A stretch of 36,272 nt of DNA, from contig JBEARN010000001.1 of assembly GCA_041163165.1 (NCBI GenBank), positions 1 to 36,272 of the forward strand, read 5' to 3'. The stretch is from Pseudomonadota bacterium. Its GTDB lineage: Bacteria; Campylobacterota; Campylobacteria; Campylobacterales; Sulfurovaceae. Below, piece by piece: positions 1-10,173 of this stretch (its first letter is position 1; the number at the start of each line of letters is the position of its first letter). Below the pieces are notes generated by a model. That model saw only the letters and a list, made by a program, of their open reading frames with translations. It ran no database searches and had not been told where the DNA came from. The position numbers and the translations under genes were made by a program.

Positions 1-342
1 GATATCGTAGGGCACCTTGACCTCATCAAAGTATTTAAATTTCTCCCAAAAAAAGATGTGAGAATTTTAGCCAAAGATGCCCTTCTGGCTATCAAAAAAT
101 CCGATATGGTTTTAGAGATCAACACTTCGGGTGTCCGAAAACCCATAGGGGAGCTTTACCCTTCAAGGGAACTGCTCGAAGAGGCGTACGCACTTGATAT
201 CCCTATCACGTTTGCTTCGGATGCCCACGCTGTAGAACAGGTAGGGTTCTCATACGACCTTGCAGTCGCCCTTGCAAAAGACATCGGATACACCAAAGCA
301 GCTACTTTTAAAGACCGCGATAGAAAATTGGTTAAATTTTAA
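1..342 (+). CDS. Histidinol-phosphatase, HisJ/PHP family (5'-truncated by window edge)
   Basis: Frame is open from base 1: DIVGHLDLIK...LEINTSG...LYPS...ITFASDAH, the C-terminal PHP-family motifs. The GTG at 58 is internal. Confidence 0.85.
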   Translation, partial: DIVGHLDLIKVFKFLPKKDVRILAKDALLAIKKSDMVLEINTSGVRKPIGELYPSRELLEEAYALDIPITFASDAHAVEQVGFSYDLAVALAKDIGYTKAATFKDRDRKLVKF

Positions 343-414
343 TCACAAATCATTGAAATAACTAATTGATATGTCGGTACAATGATGGAATAATTTTAAT
401 TTTAGGAGAGTTAC

Positions 415-1845
415 ATGGGTAAGTTTGTCAATAACGTGAGTGAGTTTTACAAATTTTGCGAAGAGAATGAAGTAGAATTTGTTGACTTTAGATTTACAGA
501 TATCAAAGGGACATGGCATCATATCAGCTACAGATTGCATGCAGTCAACGAAGGAATGCTAGAAAATGGTCTTCCGTTTGACGGTTCATCTATCGATGCA
601 TGGCAGCCGATCAACAAATCAGATATGCTTCTTAAGCCAGATGTTGAAACTGCATTTTTAGACCCTTTTACAGCAGACAGCACTGTCATCGTGATTTGTG
701 ATGTTTACGATATCTATAAAAATCAAATGTATGAAAAATGCCCAAGAAGTATCGCGAAAAGTGCTCTGAAGTATCTTGATGAAGCAAACATCGGTGATGT
801 TGCCTATTTTGGTCCTGAAAATGAATTTTTTGTGTTTGATAACGTTGAATTTAGAGACAACATCAACTCATCGTACTACAAAGTAGACACTGAAGAAGGT
901 GGATGGAACTACGACACCAAATATGAGCATGGAAACATGGGTCACAGACCAGGGACAAAGGGTGGTTACTTCCCGGTAATGCCAACAGATTCTATGGTAG
1001 ATTTGCGTGCAGAGATGATGCATGTACTTGAAGAAGTCGGTTTGGAAGTAGTGCTTGGTCACCACGAAGTGGCACAAGGTCAAGGTGAGATCGGTATCAA
1101 ATTCGGCACCCTCATCGAAGCAGCAGATAACGTCCAAAAATATAAATATGTGGTGAAAATGGTAGCGCACCTCAATGGTAAAACAGCGACATTTATGCCA
1201 AAACCACTTTACGGTGACAACGGTAACGGAATGCACGTACACCAATCTATCTGGAAAGAGGGTAAAAACCTTTTCTACACACAAGGTGCATATGGTAACT
1301 TAAGTAAAACGGCACTTGACTACCTTAGCGGTATTTTCAAACATGCGCATGCAGTATCTGCGATTACTAACCCTAGTACAAACTCTTATAAAAGACTTTT
1401 ACCAGGATTTGAAGCACCAAGTATTTTAACTTACTCTAGCCAAAACCGTTCTGCTTCTTGTCGTATCCCTTATGGTGCGAGCGAGCCGGCAGTAAGAATT
1501 GAGACAAGATTCCCTGACTCAACAGCTTGTCCTTATCTTGCATTCTCTGCATTGCTTATGGCAGGAATCGATGGGATTAAAAAAGGTGGGTATGAGATGG
1601 TTGGACCGATGGATATCGACCTTTTCGAGCTTAGCTTGGATGAGATCAGAGAGAAGAAAATCCCTCAAATGCCGCACACATTAAGAGAAGCGGTAGAAGC
1701 ACTCATCGCAGACAATGATTTCTTAAAACCTGTATTTACACAAGAATTCATCGATACCTTCCAACACTACCAGTTTGAAAGACAAATCTGGCCAGATGAA
1801 GGAAGACCAACAGCATACGAGTATATTACTACATACTCTTGCTAA
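415..1845 (+). CDS. glnA: Glutamine synthetase type I
   Basis: [42 protein letters not shown] and ETRFPD motifs. SD AGGAG lies upstream. Confidence 0.98.
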   Translation: MGKFVNNVSEFYKFCEENEVEFVDFRFTDIKGTWHHISYRLHAVNEGMLENGLPFDGSSIDAWQPINKSDMLLKPDVETAFLDPFTADSTVIVICDVYDIYKNQMYEKCPRSIAKSALKYLDEANIGDVAYFGPENEFFVFDNVEFRDNINSSYYKVDTEEGGWNYDTKYEHGNMGHRPGTKGGYFPVMPTDSMVDLRAEMMHVLEEVGLEVVLGHHEVAQGQGEIGIKFGTLIEAADNVQKYKYVVKMVAHLNGKTATFMPKPLYGDNGNGMHVHQSIWKEGKNLFYTQGAYGNLSKTALDYLSGIFKHAHAVSAITNPSTNSYKRLLPGFEAPSILTYSSQNRSASCRIPYGASEPAVRIETRFPDSTACPYLAFSALLMAGIDGIKKGGYEMVGPMDIDLFELSLDEIREKKIPQMPHTLREAVEALIADNDFLKPVFTQEFIDTFQHYQFERQIWPDEGRPTAYEYITTYSC

Positions 1846-1849
1846 CAAC

Positions 1850-1880
1850 TAAGCCTTCGGACGGATACTCCGAAGGCTTA
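1850..1880. terminator. Stem-loop after glnA, between convergent genes
   Basis: Perfect 12-bp inverted repeat TAAGCCTTCGGA / TCCGAAGGCTTA with a 7-nt loop, 5 nt after the glnA stop. Confidence 0.75.
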
Positions 1881-1916
1881 TCTCTGAGTACAAATAATAT
1901 TTCTACCACATGCGCA

Positions 1917-2273
1917 CTAATTCTTCATCTCTTTATTAAGTCTTATATAATTTTCACATCCAAGTGAATCCTCCAAGTCACACGCTTTGCCATAAAATTT
2001 TAATGCTTTTTCATCACTTTGATAAATACCTTTTCCATTTTCATAACTCGCGCCTAAATTAAAGCAACCTCTAGCGTCTCCTCTCTTGCACGATTTTTGA
2101 TAGAATTCTGCTGCTTTAAAGTAATTTTGTTTGAGACCTTGTCCATTGTCATATATCACCCCCAAATCAAAACAACCATTACGATCTCCACCATCACACT
2201 TCTTTTGCAGTTCATCAACCTCTGACGCACTTAAAACAGTCAAAATCGATAATACCGTCCATAAAAAATTCAT
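1917..2273 (-). CDS. Secreted Sel1-like-repeat (Hcp-like) protein
   Basis: Signal-peptide-like N-terminus MNFLWTVLSILTVLSASE, then Cys-bracketed SLR repeats (GCFDLGVIYDNGQG...KSC, GCFNLGASYENGKG...KACD). Start placed at the second Met because GAGG precedes it. Confidence 0.85.
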   Translation of the reverse strand: MNFLWTVLSILTVLSASEVDELQKKCDGGDRNGCFDLGVIYDNGQGLKQNYFKAAEFYQKSCKRGDARGCFNLGASYENGKGIYQSDEKALKFYGKACDLEDSLGCENYIRLNKEMKN

Positions 2274-2377
2274 CTTGCTTCCTCGTTTTACTAAAATCAT
2301 GCATTAGTGTATCAAACCGATGTAATTTTTATGTTAGATTTTTGTAATATTTTTGTAATATATGTATAATTGCATCC

Positions 2378-3037
2378 ATGAAAAATATGCTATCTATTCT
2401 CCTCTTTGCATCATTCTCTTACGCCACAGAATTCACAGACTTCATCAACAACTCAAAGTGCGACCAAATCATCGATAAACAAGTCTATACTGCGTGTTAT
2501 GACTATCATTTAAAAGGCAGCAAGTTCATCGCGTATACGCTTGATGGTGCATCTGTCAATCAAGCCAATATTAAAAAAAGAGGCAAGTTCTACACCGAAA
2601 AGAATGTACCCAAACAGTATCGTTCTCACACAAGAGATTACACAAAAAGTGGATACGATAGAGGACACATGGCATCGGATGCGTCATTTGATCATAACAT
2701 CAAAGCGATGCGTAAAACTTACTCTATGATCAACGTAGTTCCACAGTCCCCCACAGTCAATCGTAGATTATGGATTAAAGCAGAGAAATATGAAAGATTA
2801 GTCGCAACACAGTTAGGCACGGTAAATGTGATCAATGGCATTGTCTATGGAAACCATCCTCATCGCATTGGTACAAATCAAATTTCTGTTCCTGATGCGT
2901 TCTGGAAGATGATATACAATGATGATAAAGGTTTTAAGAAGTGTTTCTTTTATGGCAATGATTTGACTGCGAGTTCTAAGGAGGATAAGTTAAAAGATCA
3001 TCAATTAGACTGTAAAAAATTGCAAATTACTTCTTGA
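2378..3037 (+). CDS. Secreted DNA/RNA non-specific endonuclease (Serratia NucA/EndoG-like, beta-beta-alpha-Me)
   Basis: GYDRGHMA active-site motif, MINVVPQ...NRRLW..AE, VPDAFWK, and an N-terminal signal peptide. Confidence 0.92.
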   Translation: MKNMLSILLFASFSYATEFTDFINNSKCDQIIDKQVYTACYDYHLKGSKFIAYTLDGASVNQANIKKRGKFYTEKNVPKQYRSHTRDYTKSGYDRGHMASDASFDHNIKAMRKTYSMINVVPQSPTVNRRLWIKAEKYERLVATQLGTVNVINGIVYGNHPHRIGTNQISVPDAFWKMIYNDDKGFKKCFFYGNDLTASSKEDKLKDHQLDCKKLQITS

Positions 3038-3078
3038 TGTTTAAAATGTTACAAATATATTTTACTAAATGCGTATAA

Positions 3079-3165
3079 TTAGAATTGATAGACTTTGGCT
3101 CTTAAAATCTCTTTAGTTTCTATATCTTTTTTGATTGGTAATTTATTTGGTATAAACTCTTTCAT
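3079..3165 (-). pseudogene. Truncated remnant of a Fic-family (Fic_N-type) gene
   Basis: Own translation MKEFIPNKLPIKKDIETKEILRAKVYQF*. The P..LP...DIETK.IL pattern resembles the start of Fic_N-containing Fic proteins as I recall them. SD GGAG at 3177-3174 and TATAAT at 3238-3233. Confidence 0.55.
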
Positions 3166-3191
3166 CTATAGAACTCCATTATTTTTATCGC

Positions 3192-3230
3192 ATGATATGT
3201 CAAAAATTCTCACTTTTTTTGACATATCAT
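3192..3230. promoter_or_regulatory. 15-bp perfect inverted repeat (candidate operator)
   Basis: ATGATATGTCAAAAA-N9-TTTTTGACATATCAT directly downstream of a minus-strand TATAAT. A third half-site ACATATCAT lies at 3263-3271. Confidence 0.65.
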
Positions 3231-3292
3231 ACATTATACGTAAATATTTTAGTATTTTTTTTACATATCATTCTATTTCACTATGAAAAAGT

Positions 3293-3342
3293 TTTTAGGG
3301 TTGCAAACCATCCCAAAATTTAGACCGCATTGCAGTCCAAAA
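3293..3342 (-). terminator. Tandem imperfect hairpins 3' of the PBP1A gene
   Basis: Minus strand reads TTTGGACTGC-AAT-GCGGTCTAAA, which pairs fully only on this strand using G-U pairs, then TTTTGGG...CCCTAAAA followed by a T run. Confidence 0.5.
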
Positions 3343-3345
3343 ATC

Positions 3346-5469
3346 TTAAAACATCGTTCCGCTGTCGTCTGTTGCAGGGGCGAGAGGGATTTTTTGTTTA
3401 GGATGAAGCGGATCATCTTCTTCACTGTTATTTTCAGAAGCTTCATCTAGGTTCATAGAAGGTGCGAATCTTGGATCATTCTCCGTATTGACATCTTCAA
3501 GAATCTCCGTTTCATTTTCTAAAAACTGATCTTGGGTCGTCGAAACATTCACTTTTTGACTTACTGGAAGCGGAGAATGTGCCGTATAGATCTCAGGTCT
3601 CCCCTTGTATGTTCCTCTAAATATCCCTTCAGGCACATCAAATGTACGCTTAGTTTCTGGGTAGAGCTCTAACAGTTTTTTATAATAATACGCAAAAGCC
3701 GGCGCTGCCATCGCACCGCCTGTAGCCAATGTCCCTATGCGGGTATTATCGTCTCTACCCACCCACACGATCGTTTCTATCGTTGGCGAATATCCACAGA
3801 ACCATGCATCGATGTTATTGTTTGTTGTTCCAGTTTTCCCAGCGAGTTGTATCCCGTCTACATGCGCGCGTCTTCCCGTACCGCGTTGCACAACATCTTG
3901 AAGAATGTCCGTCATCAAAAAAGCTTGTTCTGGCGTCGTAAAATTTTCGATCTCTTTTTGGCTCGTTTCATAAATGACCGCTCCCTCTTTCGAAATGATC
4001 TTGCTCACCAGTCTCGGTTCGATCATATGCCCTTCGTTGGCAAATACAGAAAAAATTTGTGCCATTTTGATCGGACTCAACCCAAGGTTACCCAAAGCGA
4101 TCGACATATCTCTCGGTATATGTGGCACATCCAGAAACTCGAGTCGTTTACGAATCGTCCCTACCCCGATGTCTGAAACCAAGTTGATTGTTGCAAGGTT
4201 GCGTGAATGCACCAACGCTTCCCTTAAAGGCATAAACCCTTGGAAATCACTCTCATAATTTTTTGGAGACCAAATCTCGGGCTTTCCATCTTTCATATAT
4301 TGAAAGGTTCGTGCGAGATCGGTCAACGGTGTCGCGGGATTGTACCCCATATCAAGTGCAGTCTGGTAGATAAACGGTTTAAAAGAAGATCCAGGCTGAC
4401 GTGTCGATTGAGTGACACGGTTAAAAGAAGATTTTTCATAATCCACCCCGCCTACCATCGTCAAGATATCGCCTGTTTTACTGTCGACAGAAACAAATCC
4501 CATATTGATGGTGGAAGTGTTCGCATCCTCTTTGTATCTTTTGAGAATTTCACTATAAGTCGTAGCGATCGCCTCTTTGGCGATACGCTGCTGCTTCATG
4601 TCTATGGTAGTATAAATCTCATATCCCCCCGTGCGGATATCTCCCAATTTACCTTTAAACCGTCTCAACACCTCATCGACAATCTCCGGCGCGATATTTT
4701 GCGTCAGTGTTGTATTGTGAACTACAGGGGACTCTTTGACCCCTTTAAGGTAATCTTCTTGGGTAATCCAACCGATACTTGTCATTCGATAAAGGACATT
4801 ATTGGCACGGTCTAACGCTCTTTTATAATGCTTGATTGGATTATAAAAACTTGGTGCATTTGGCAAACCGACCAAAATAGCCGATTCTTTGAGTGTCAAT
4901 TCATGCAACTCTTTATGAAAATACCCTTTTGCTGCCGTTTTGATGCCAAAATAGTTATTGCCATACGAAATTTCATTCAGATAGCGTTCCAAAATCTCTT
5001 CTTTGGTCAGCTCATCTTCTATTTTGAGAGCAAGGATGGCTTCTTTGATCTTACGTGCTACTTTTTTTTCATTGGAAAGGACTTTGTTTTTGATCAGCTG
5101 TTGGGTAAGGGTACTTCCTCCCTCTACAAAAGATCCCGCTTGAATATCTTTAATGATGGCTCTCAAGATCGCATCTGGATTGACCCCATCGTGTTCAAAA
5201 AACTGCGTATCTTCCATCGCGACAAGCGCCTCGATCAAAAATCCTGGGATCTCCGCATATTTTGCATACAAACGGTGCTGGTCTTTAAACACGTACGCAA
5301 GCATCTCACCGTTTCTGTCATACACGACAGAGGAGATTTCTGGTTTATAGTTGATCAATTTATCCGCATCCAAAGAGATCTCTTCATACGCATAGATAAA
5401 TGCTGCAGTCAAAGCAACTACAAACATCATCACCAAGATAATAGAACCTTTGATTAAACTATTAAACAC
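3346..5469 (-). CDS. mrcA: Class A penicillin-binding protein 1A (transglycosylase/transpeptidase)
   Basis: N-terminal TM; GT51 motifs EDTQFFEHDG, GGSTLTQQL and RKIKE; transpeptidase motifs SSFK, SRN and KTG. GTG start. Confidence 0.95.
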   Translation of the reverse strand: MFNSLIKGSIILVMMFVVALTAAFIYAYEEISLDADKLINYKPEISSVVYDRNGEMLAYVFKDQHRLYAKYAEIPGFLIEALVAMEDTQFFEHDGVNPDAILRAIIKDIQAGSFVEGGSTLTQQLIKNKVLSNEKKVARKIKEAILALKIEDELTKEEILERYLNEISYGNNYFGIKTAAKGYFHKELHELTLKESAILVGLPNAPSFYNPIKHYKRALDRANNVLYRMTSIGWITQEDYLKGVKESPVVHNTTLTQNIAPEIVDEVLRRFKGKLGDIRTGGYEIYTTIDMKQQRIAKEAIATTYSEILKRYKEDANTSTINMGFVSVDSKTGDILTMVGGVDYEKSSFNRVTQSTRQPGSSFKPFIYQTALDMGYNPATPLTDLARTFQYMKDGKPEIWSPKNYESDFQGFMPLREALVHSRNLATINLVSDIGVGTIRKRLEFLDVPHIPRDMSIALGNLGLSPIKMAQIFSVFANEGHMIEPRLVSKIISKEGAVIYETSQKEIENFTTPEQAFLMTDILQDVVQRGTGRRAHVDGIQLAGKTGTTNNNIDAWFCGYSPTIETIVWVGRDDNTRIGTLATGGAMAAPAFAYYYKKLLELYPETKRTFDVPEGIFRGTYKGRPEIYTAHSPLPVSQKVNVSTTQDQFLENETEILEDVNTENDPRFAPSMNLDEASENNSEEDDPLHPKQKIPLAPATDDSGTMF

Positions 5470-5494
5470 ACAAAACCTTTGTTATTATTTTTGT

Positions 5495-6595
5495 TTATTG
5501 TACCGTGTTATGACTAATGAGTGCCAATGCATGCTGAATTTTTTGCGCTGATACACCGACATTGAGTATGACTCTCACAATCGGCTGCTTCACCGTTGGC
5601 TGACGTATCGCTCCCACCAGATACCCTTGCGCCATCAACCCTTTTTGTATATAAAGTGCATGTTCATTGCTTGGCATCTCTAGTGGTACGATAAGACTTT
5701 GCGTTACGATACCAAGTTGTTTTTGCACCGCTGCTTGACGCTCTTTAATCTTCTCTCTGTAAAAAGAAGCTTTTTTACGAATATGCTTCATGTTGACCAG
5801 TGCCAAAGCCGTATCAAACACGGAAGGGGCTGTCGAATAAATGATCGGTTTTGCCCTATTTTCTAAAAAACTGATCACATTTTTAGACGCCAAGATATAC
5901 GCACCGTAAGAGCCATACGCTTTCCCCAATGTCCCCATTTTGATAAGTCGTTTTGTAATGCGGATACCATAATGTTCAAAAATACCCAAAAGATTTTCAC
6001 CCAACACCCCTGCACTATGCGCTTCATCCACAATGAGTAGCGCCTTTGCTTCCTCTGCAATATCAAATATCTCTTTTTTACAAAGATCGCCCCCCATAGA
6101 GTAAACCCCTTCTACAGCGATGATCTGCCGTTTCGCAGGATGGGATGCCAATTTTGCCTTTAGATCTTCAACATCATTGTGGGCAAATGTCACGACTCTA
6201 TCACCCAAAAGCTGAGATGCCATCACGCCTGAAGCGTGATACTCCTCATCCATAAAGAGCATATCCCCTTTACGCACCAACGCCTCTATCAGTGCCATAT
6301 TTGCCAAAAAACCGGAACCGACGACCATCCCCTCTTCAAAACCATTCTGCTCTGCCATCTCCATCTCAAAAAGTCGGTGTATCGGATGATACCCATTCAC
6401 CAACATACTCGCTTTGGAACTTAACGTCTCATATTTTTTGACTAGTTTTACCGCTTTATTGAATTGCTTTTTATTGTGAGAGAGACCAAGATAGTCATTA
6501 GAAGCGAGATCCTCTAAGCGATCATCAAAAAGTTTCCGTTCTCTAAAACGTCCCGCTTTTTTCAGTGCTTTTAACTCCTCTTGATACATCTTCAC
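5495..6595 (-). CDS. bioF: 8-amino-7-oxononanoate synthase (PLP class II)
   Basis: ASNDYLGL, HAS, EGVYSMGGD, VDEAHS, GTLGKAYG and IRQPTV motifs. The start could be the ATG at 6589. Confidence 0.85.
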   Translation of the reverse strand: MKMYQEELKALKKAGRFRERKLFDDRLEDLASNDYLGLSHNKKQFNKAVKLVKKYETLSSKASMLVNGYHPIHRLFEMEMAEQNGFEEGMVVGSGFLANMALIEALVRKGDMLFMDEEYHASGVMASQLLGDRVVTFAHNDVEDLKAKLASHPAKRQIIAVEGVYSMGGDLCKKEIFDIAEEAKALLIVDEAHSAGVLGENLLGIFEHYGIRITKRLIKMGTLGKAYGSYGAYILASKNVISFLENRAKPIIYSTAPSVFDTALALVNMKHIRKKASFYREKIKERQAAVQKQLGIVTQSLIVPLEMPSNEHALYIQKGLMAQGYLVGAIRQPTVKQPIVRVILNVGVSAQKIQHALALISHNTVQ

Positions 6596-7149
6596 TCTCC
6601 TCTATTTATCCATGGTAAAATCATTTCTACTTGCAATCCCATCGCTGTACTTTCATACCCATCAACGGATCGAATATACTTTTTACAAAATCCTTCCACC
6701 ATGCATCCACCCGCTTTACCTTCCCACAAACCACTTTGCAAATATGCTTCCATCTCTTCGGGATCAAACTTCGCGAAACGATAGTGTGTCGCAGAAATAT
6801 CAGAAAACAAAAGTGCTTTCGATCTGTAATGGACCGAAGAGATGATCGAAATCGTCGTATCACTTTGCAGCGTTAAAATGCGTCTTGCATCTTCAATGTT
6901 TTTAGGTTTTCTCAAGATCGTTCCATCAACTGCGGAGATGACTGTATCGGCGCATAAAAGCGGTATGTCAAGCCCAAATTCTTTGATAGCAGCTTCGAGT
7001 TTCCCTTTGCTTGCCGTATAAACAAAATCTTTAGCCACTGACGTTGTGATCTGTTCTTCATCATAGTCCGCGACTTTTTGGACAAAATCAACACCAAATT
7101 TCTGAAGCAACAAGGCCCTGCTTTCAGAAGAAGAACAGAGACAAATCAT
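6592..7149 (-). CDS. maf: Maf-family nucleoside triphosphate pyrophosphatase
   Basis: L.SSS.SR..LL, ADTVI, KP, GKAGG and MGL motifs. Confidence 0.92.
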   Translation of the reverse strand: MICLCSSSESRALLLQKFGVDFVQKVADYDEEQITTSVAKDFVYTASKGKLEAAIKEFGLDIPLLCADTVISAVDGTILRKPKNIEDARRILTLQSDTTISIISSVHYRSKALLFSDISATHYRFAKFDPEEMEAYLQSGLWEGKAGGCMVEGFCKKYIRSVDGYESTAMGLQVEMILPWINRGE

Positions 7150-7613
7150 TATAGCCCTCTAAGGGTTATCCCTAGCCAAAGTGCGACTAAACCTAAAAGG
7201 ATGTTGATTGGAAGTAGTAGGTTTGGAATCAGCGAAACGGATGCTTTTGCCAGTGCCAAATCACCAGCATCAAACGCTTTTTGCCCTTTATGCCGCTTGA
7301 GATAGATCAACATAAAGTTCGCCGTCATCACCATCCAAATCCCCTCTTTGATATGCGCAATGGATGTAGATTCTGTAGCCAAAACCATTGCAATAGCTGT
7401 CACAAGAATGATAAGGATAAAGGGGATAACCAAGTGAAAAAACCGTCGCATGATCTTTAGCGTGATGCCAAGTTTTACCTTAGGATCCTCCACCTGCTGC
7501 ATCATCGGATGGACTGCGAAACGTATGGCTATCATACCCCCTACCCAGACGAATGCAGAAACTACATGCAACCAAACGATCACATCTCCATACTGGGCAA
7601 AAAGTGACTGCAC
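7149..7613 (-). CDS. Four-TM membrane protein, CopD-like N-terminus, function unknown
   Basis: WLHVVSAFVWVGGM motif and four hydrophobic segments. Tightly packed between alaS and maf. GTG start. Confidence 0.75.
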   Translation of the reverse strand: MQSLFAQYGDVIVWLHVVSAFVWVGGMIAIRFAVHPMMQQVEDPKVKLGITLKIMRRFFHLVIPFILIILVTAIAMVLATESTSIAHIKEGIWMVMTANFMLIYLKRHKGQKAFDAGDLALAKASVSLIPNLLLPINILLGLVALWLGITLRGL

Positions 7614-7614
7614 G

Positions 7615-10173
7615 TTAGTTTCCTCCCTCTAAGATCTCACTCACATAAACCTTTGCTTCTTCTAGTGCTGTGACGATCTGTGAAGGATCTTTACCCCCTG
7701 CTTGCGCAAAATCAGGGCGACCGCCACCGCCACCCCCGACGATAGGAGCGATCGTTTTGATCCAATCACCCGCTTTGATCGGTGTATTTTTAGAACCCGC
7801 AGCCAAAAGAACCTTGTCATCTTTTTTCATAAAAAGCATGATTGCAACTGAATCGTATTTATTCTTCACTTCATCGATCATCGCTTTGATATCACCATTT
7901 TCAACCTCTTCGATGATCACATTGATGCCATTCACTTGCACTGCATTTAACTCTTTTTGGGTGCTGCTCAAAGCAGAAGCCAATTCACCTTTGAGTGCCT
8001 TAATTTGCTCTTTAAGTTTCGTGATCCCTGCGATTGGATTTTGATTTTTAAGTTCTGTTTTGATGCTGTTTAACTCTTCTCTAAGTTGATTCACTGCTTC
8101 TCTCGCCGCATTGCCGCAAACCGCTTCGATACGTCTCACTCCGGCACTGACACCACTCTCTTTGGTGATCATAAAAAGACCGATCTGGGCGGTGTTGTCG
8201 ACATGCGTTCCCCCGCACAACTCGATCGAATCATCACCAAAACTCACCACACGCACTTCACTGCCGTACTTTTCCCCAAAGAGAGCCATCGCACCAGCTT
8301 CTTTCGCCGCATCCATTGACATCTCACGGGTAAGCTTTGGTGTCGCGTTAGAGATCTTTTCATTCACCCATGCTTCTACTTGTGCGATCTCTTTTTCACT
8401 CATCGCCTGAGGATGTGAAAAGTCAAAACGCAATCTCTTATCATCATTGAGAGACCCTGCTTGCGCTACATGGTCTCCTAAAATTTCTCTCAGTCCTGCA
8501 TGAAGCAAGTGGGTCGCAGAGTGGTGCTTTTCGATCTCCGCTCTACGGCTATCGACCACTGCCTCGACGACTTCCCCCACACTTAGTTTGCCTTTGACTT
8601 CTGAAAGATTCATCTCTAAAAATTTTCTGGTATCAAGCACTTTGATCGTCTTGTTGAGTGTCCCTCTGTCTCCAGTTTGTCCACCAGATTCGGCATAAAA
8701 TGGTGTTTGATCTAACAATACCCAACCCGCTCCATCGATAGCCGTCACCTCTTTAAAATGCTCGTCTAAGAGTGCCAACACTTTTGCTTGCACAGTATGT
8801 TCTGTGTACCCTACAAATACATTCGTACCAAATTTCTCTTTGAGCGATTTAAAGTCACCTGTTTCAGCAGCATCCCCCGTCCCTTTCCAATTTGCTTTAG
8901 ATTGTGCCTTTTGTGCTTCCATCTTGGCATCAAAAGCATCAAAATCAAGCTTGATATTTTTCTCACGAAGCATATCTTCTGTAAGATCCAGCGGGAAACC
9001 ATACGTATCATAAAGCTTAAATGCTACTTCACCGTTAAACACATCCGAAGTATTTTCCAACTCTTCACTAAAAAGCTTGATCCCCGCATCGATCGTTTCA
9101 AAGAAACGTTCCTCTTCCATCTTCATCGCTGTTTTGATCGCTTCTGCACGCACAGAAAGATAATCATACTGTTTCCCCATCACCTCAACAAGCGTATCGA
9201 CCAAACGGTGCATAAAAGGTTCGCGCAGTCCCAGCAAATACCCATGACGGATCGCTCGACGCATGATACGTCTGAGAACATACCCTCTCCCCTCTTTGTC
9301 AAAATTCACCCCCTGAGCAAGCAAGAAGGAACATGAACGTAAATGGTCGGCGATCACACGATAAGAAGCAGAATCTGCTGCTTCATACACATAAGGTCTT
9401 CCGACAAGTTCACCGATTTTGTTCAAAAATGGCATGAAGAGTGAAGAGTGGTAGTTGTTGAGCTTCCCTTCTTTGATCGCCACAACCCTTTCAAGTCCCA
9501 TACCAGTATCGATACTTGGTTTTGGAAGGGGAGAGAGTGCTCCGGTTTCATCGCGATAGTATTGCATAAATACAAGGTTCCAAATCTCTAAAAACCGATC
9601 ACCATCTCCGCCCATCTTGTCTTCTGGCGTATTAAAATGTTCTTCACCTTGATCATAAAAAATCTCGGAACAAGGGCCGCAAGGACCAGTGTCGCCCATC
9701 TGCCAAAAATTATCTTTATCCCCAAAACGCATGATGCGATCCGCTGCGATGTGTTTTTTCCACATCTCTTCAGCTTCATCATCATTTTCATGCACAGTGA
9801 CCCATAGTTTCTCTGCAGGAAGGTTTAGATAGTTTTTACCGGTGACAAACTCCCACGCATAAGCGATCGCTTCTTCTTTGAAATAATCTGCAAAAGAAAA
9901 ATTTCCCAACATCTCAAAAAATGTATGGTGACGTGCCGTATACCCGACATTATCAAGATCGTTATGTTTCCCCCCTGCTCTGATGCAGGTTTGAGAAGAT
10001 GTCGCACGTGGTGTAGCAGGAATGGGTGCTTCTCCCGTAAAGATGTTTTTAAACTGCACCATACCTGCATTGGTAAACATCAACGTTGCATCATCGGGCA
10101 CCAGCCGTGAACTTTCGATAAGTTCATGCCCTTTGCTTTGAAAAAAGTCTAAAAATGATTTTCTAATATCCAT
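7615..10173 (-). CDS. alaS: Alanine--tRNA ligase
   Basis: [36 protein letters not shown], editing motifs HSATHLLH and ELCGGTH, and GGGGG.P..AQAGG. Confidence 0.99.
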   Translation of the reverse strand: MDIRKSFLDFFQSKGHELIESSRLVPDDATLMFTNAGMVQFKNIFTGEAPIPATPRATSSQTCIRAGGKHNDLDNVGYTARHHTFFEMLGNFSFADYFKEEAIAYAWEFVTGKNYLNLPAEKLWVTVHENDDEAEEMWKKHIAADRIMRFGDKDNFWQMGDTGPCGPCSEIFYDQGEEHFNTPEDKMGGDGDRFLEIWNLVFMQYYRDETGALSPLPKPSIDTGMGLERVVAIKEGKLNNYHSSLFMPFLNKIGELVGRPYVYEAADSASYRVIADHLRSCSFLLAQGVNFDKEGRGYVLRRIMRRAIRHGYLLGLREPFMHRLVDTLVEVMGKQYDYLSVRAEAIKTAMKMEEERFFETIDAGIKLFSEELENTSDVFNGEVAFKLYDTYGFPLDLTEDMLREKNIKLDFDAFDAKMEAQKAQSKANWKGTGDAAETGDFKSLKEKFGTNVFVGYTEHTVQAKVLALLDEHFKEVTAIDGAGWVLLDQTPFYAESGGQTGDRGTLNKTIKVLDTRKFLEMNLSEVKGKLSVGEVVEAVVDSRRAEIEKHHSATHLLHAGLREILGDHVAQAGSLNDDKRLRFDFSHPQAMSEKEIAQVEAWVNEKISNATPKLTREMSMDAAKEAGAMALFGEKYGSEVRVVSFGDDSIELCGGTHVDNTAQIGLFMITKESGVSAGVRRIEAVCGNAAREAVNQLREELNSIKTELKNQNPIAGITKLKEQIKALKGELASALSSTQKELNAVQVNGINVIIEEVENGDIKAMIDEVKNKYDSVAIMLFMKKDDKVLLAAGSKNTPIKAGDWIKTIAPIVGGGGGGRPDFAQAGGKDPSQIVTALEEAKVYVSEILEGGN

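Noticed and set aside
349-386. ATCATTG...CAATGAT dyad upstream of glnA as a nitrogen-regulator site
   Set aside because: Only 7 bp with a 24-nt spacer in AT-rich DNA, and no sigma54 -24/-12 motif was recognised.
3095-3286. 63-aa + strand ORF in the AT-rich gap
   Set aside because: TTG start, no SD and F/I/S-rich composition. The opposite strand has a better-supported Fic-like remnant with SD and -10.
1846-3345. Possible integron cassette array
   Set aside because: The genes are divergent rather than co-oriented, and I found no repeated attC-like site or integrase.
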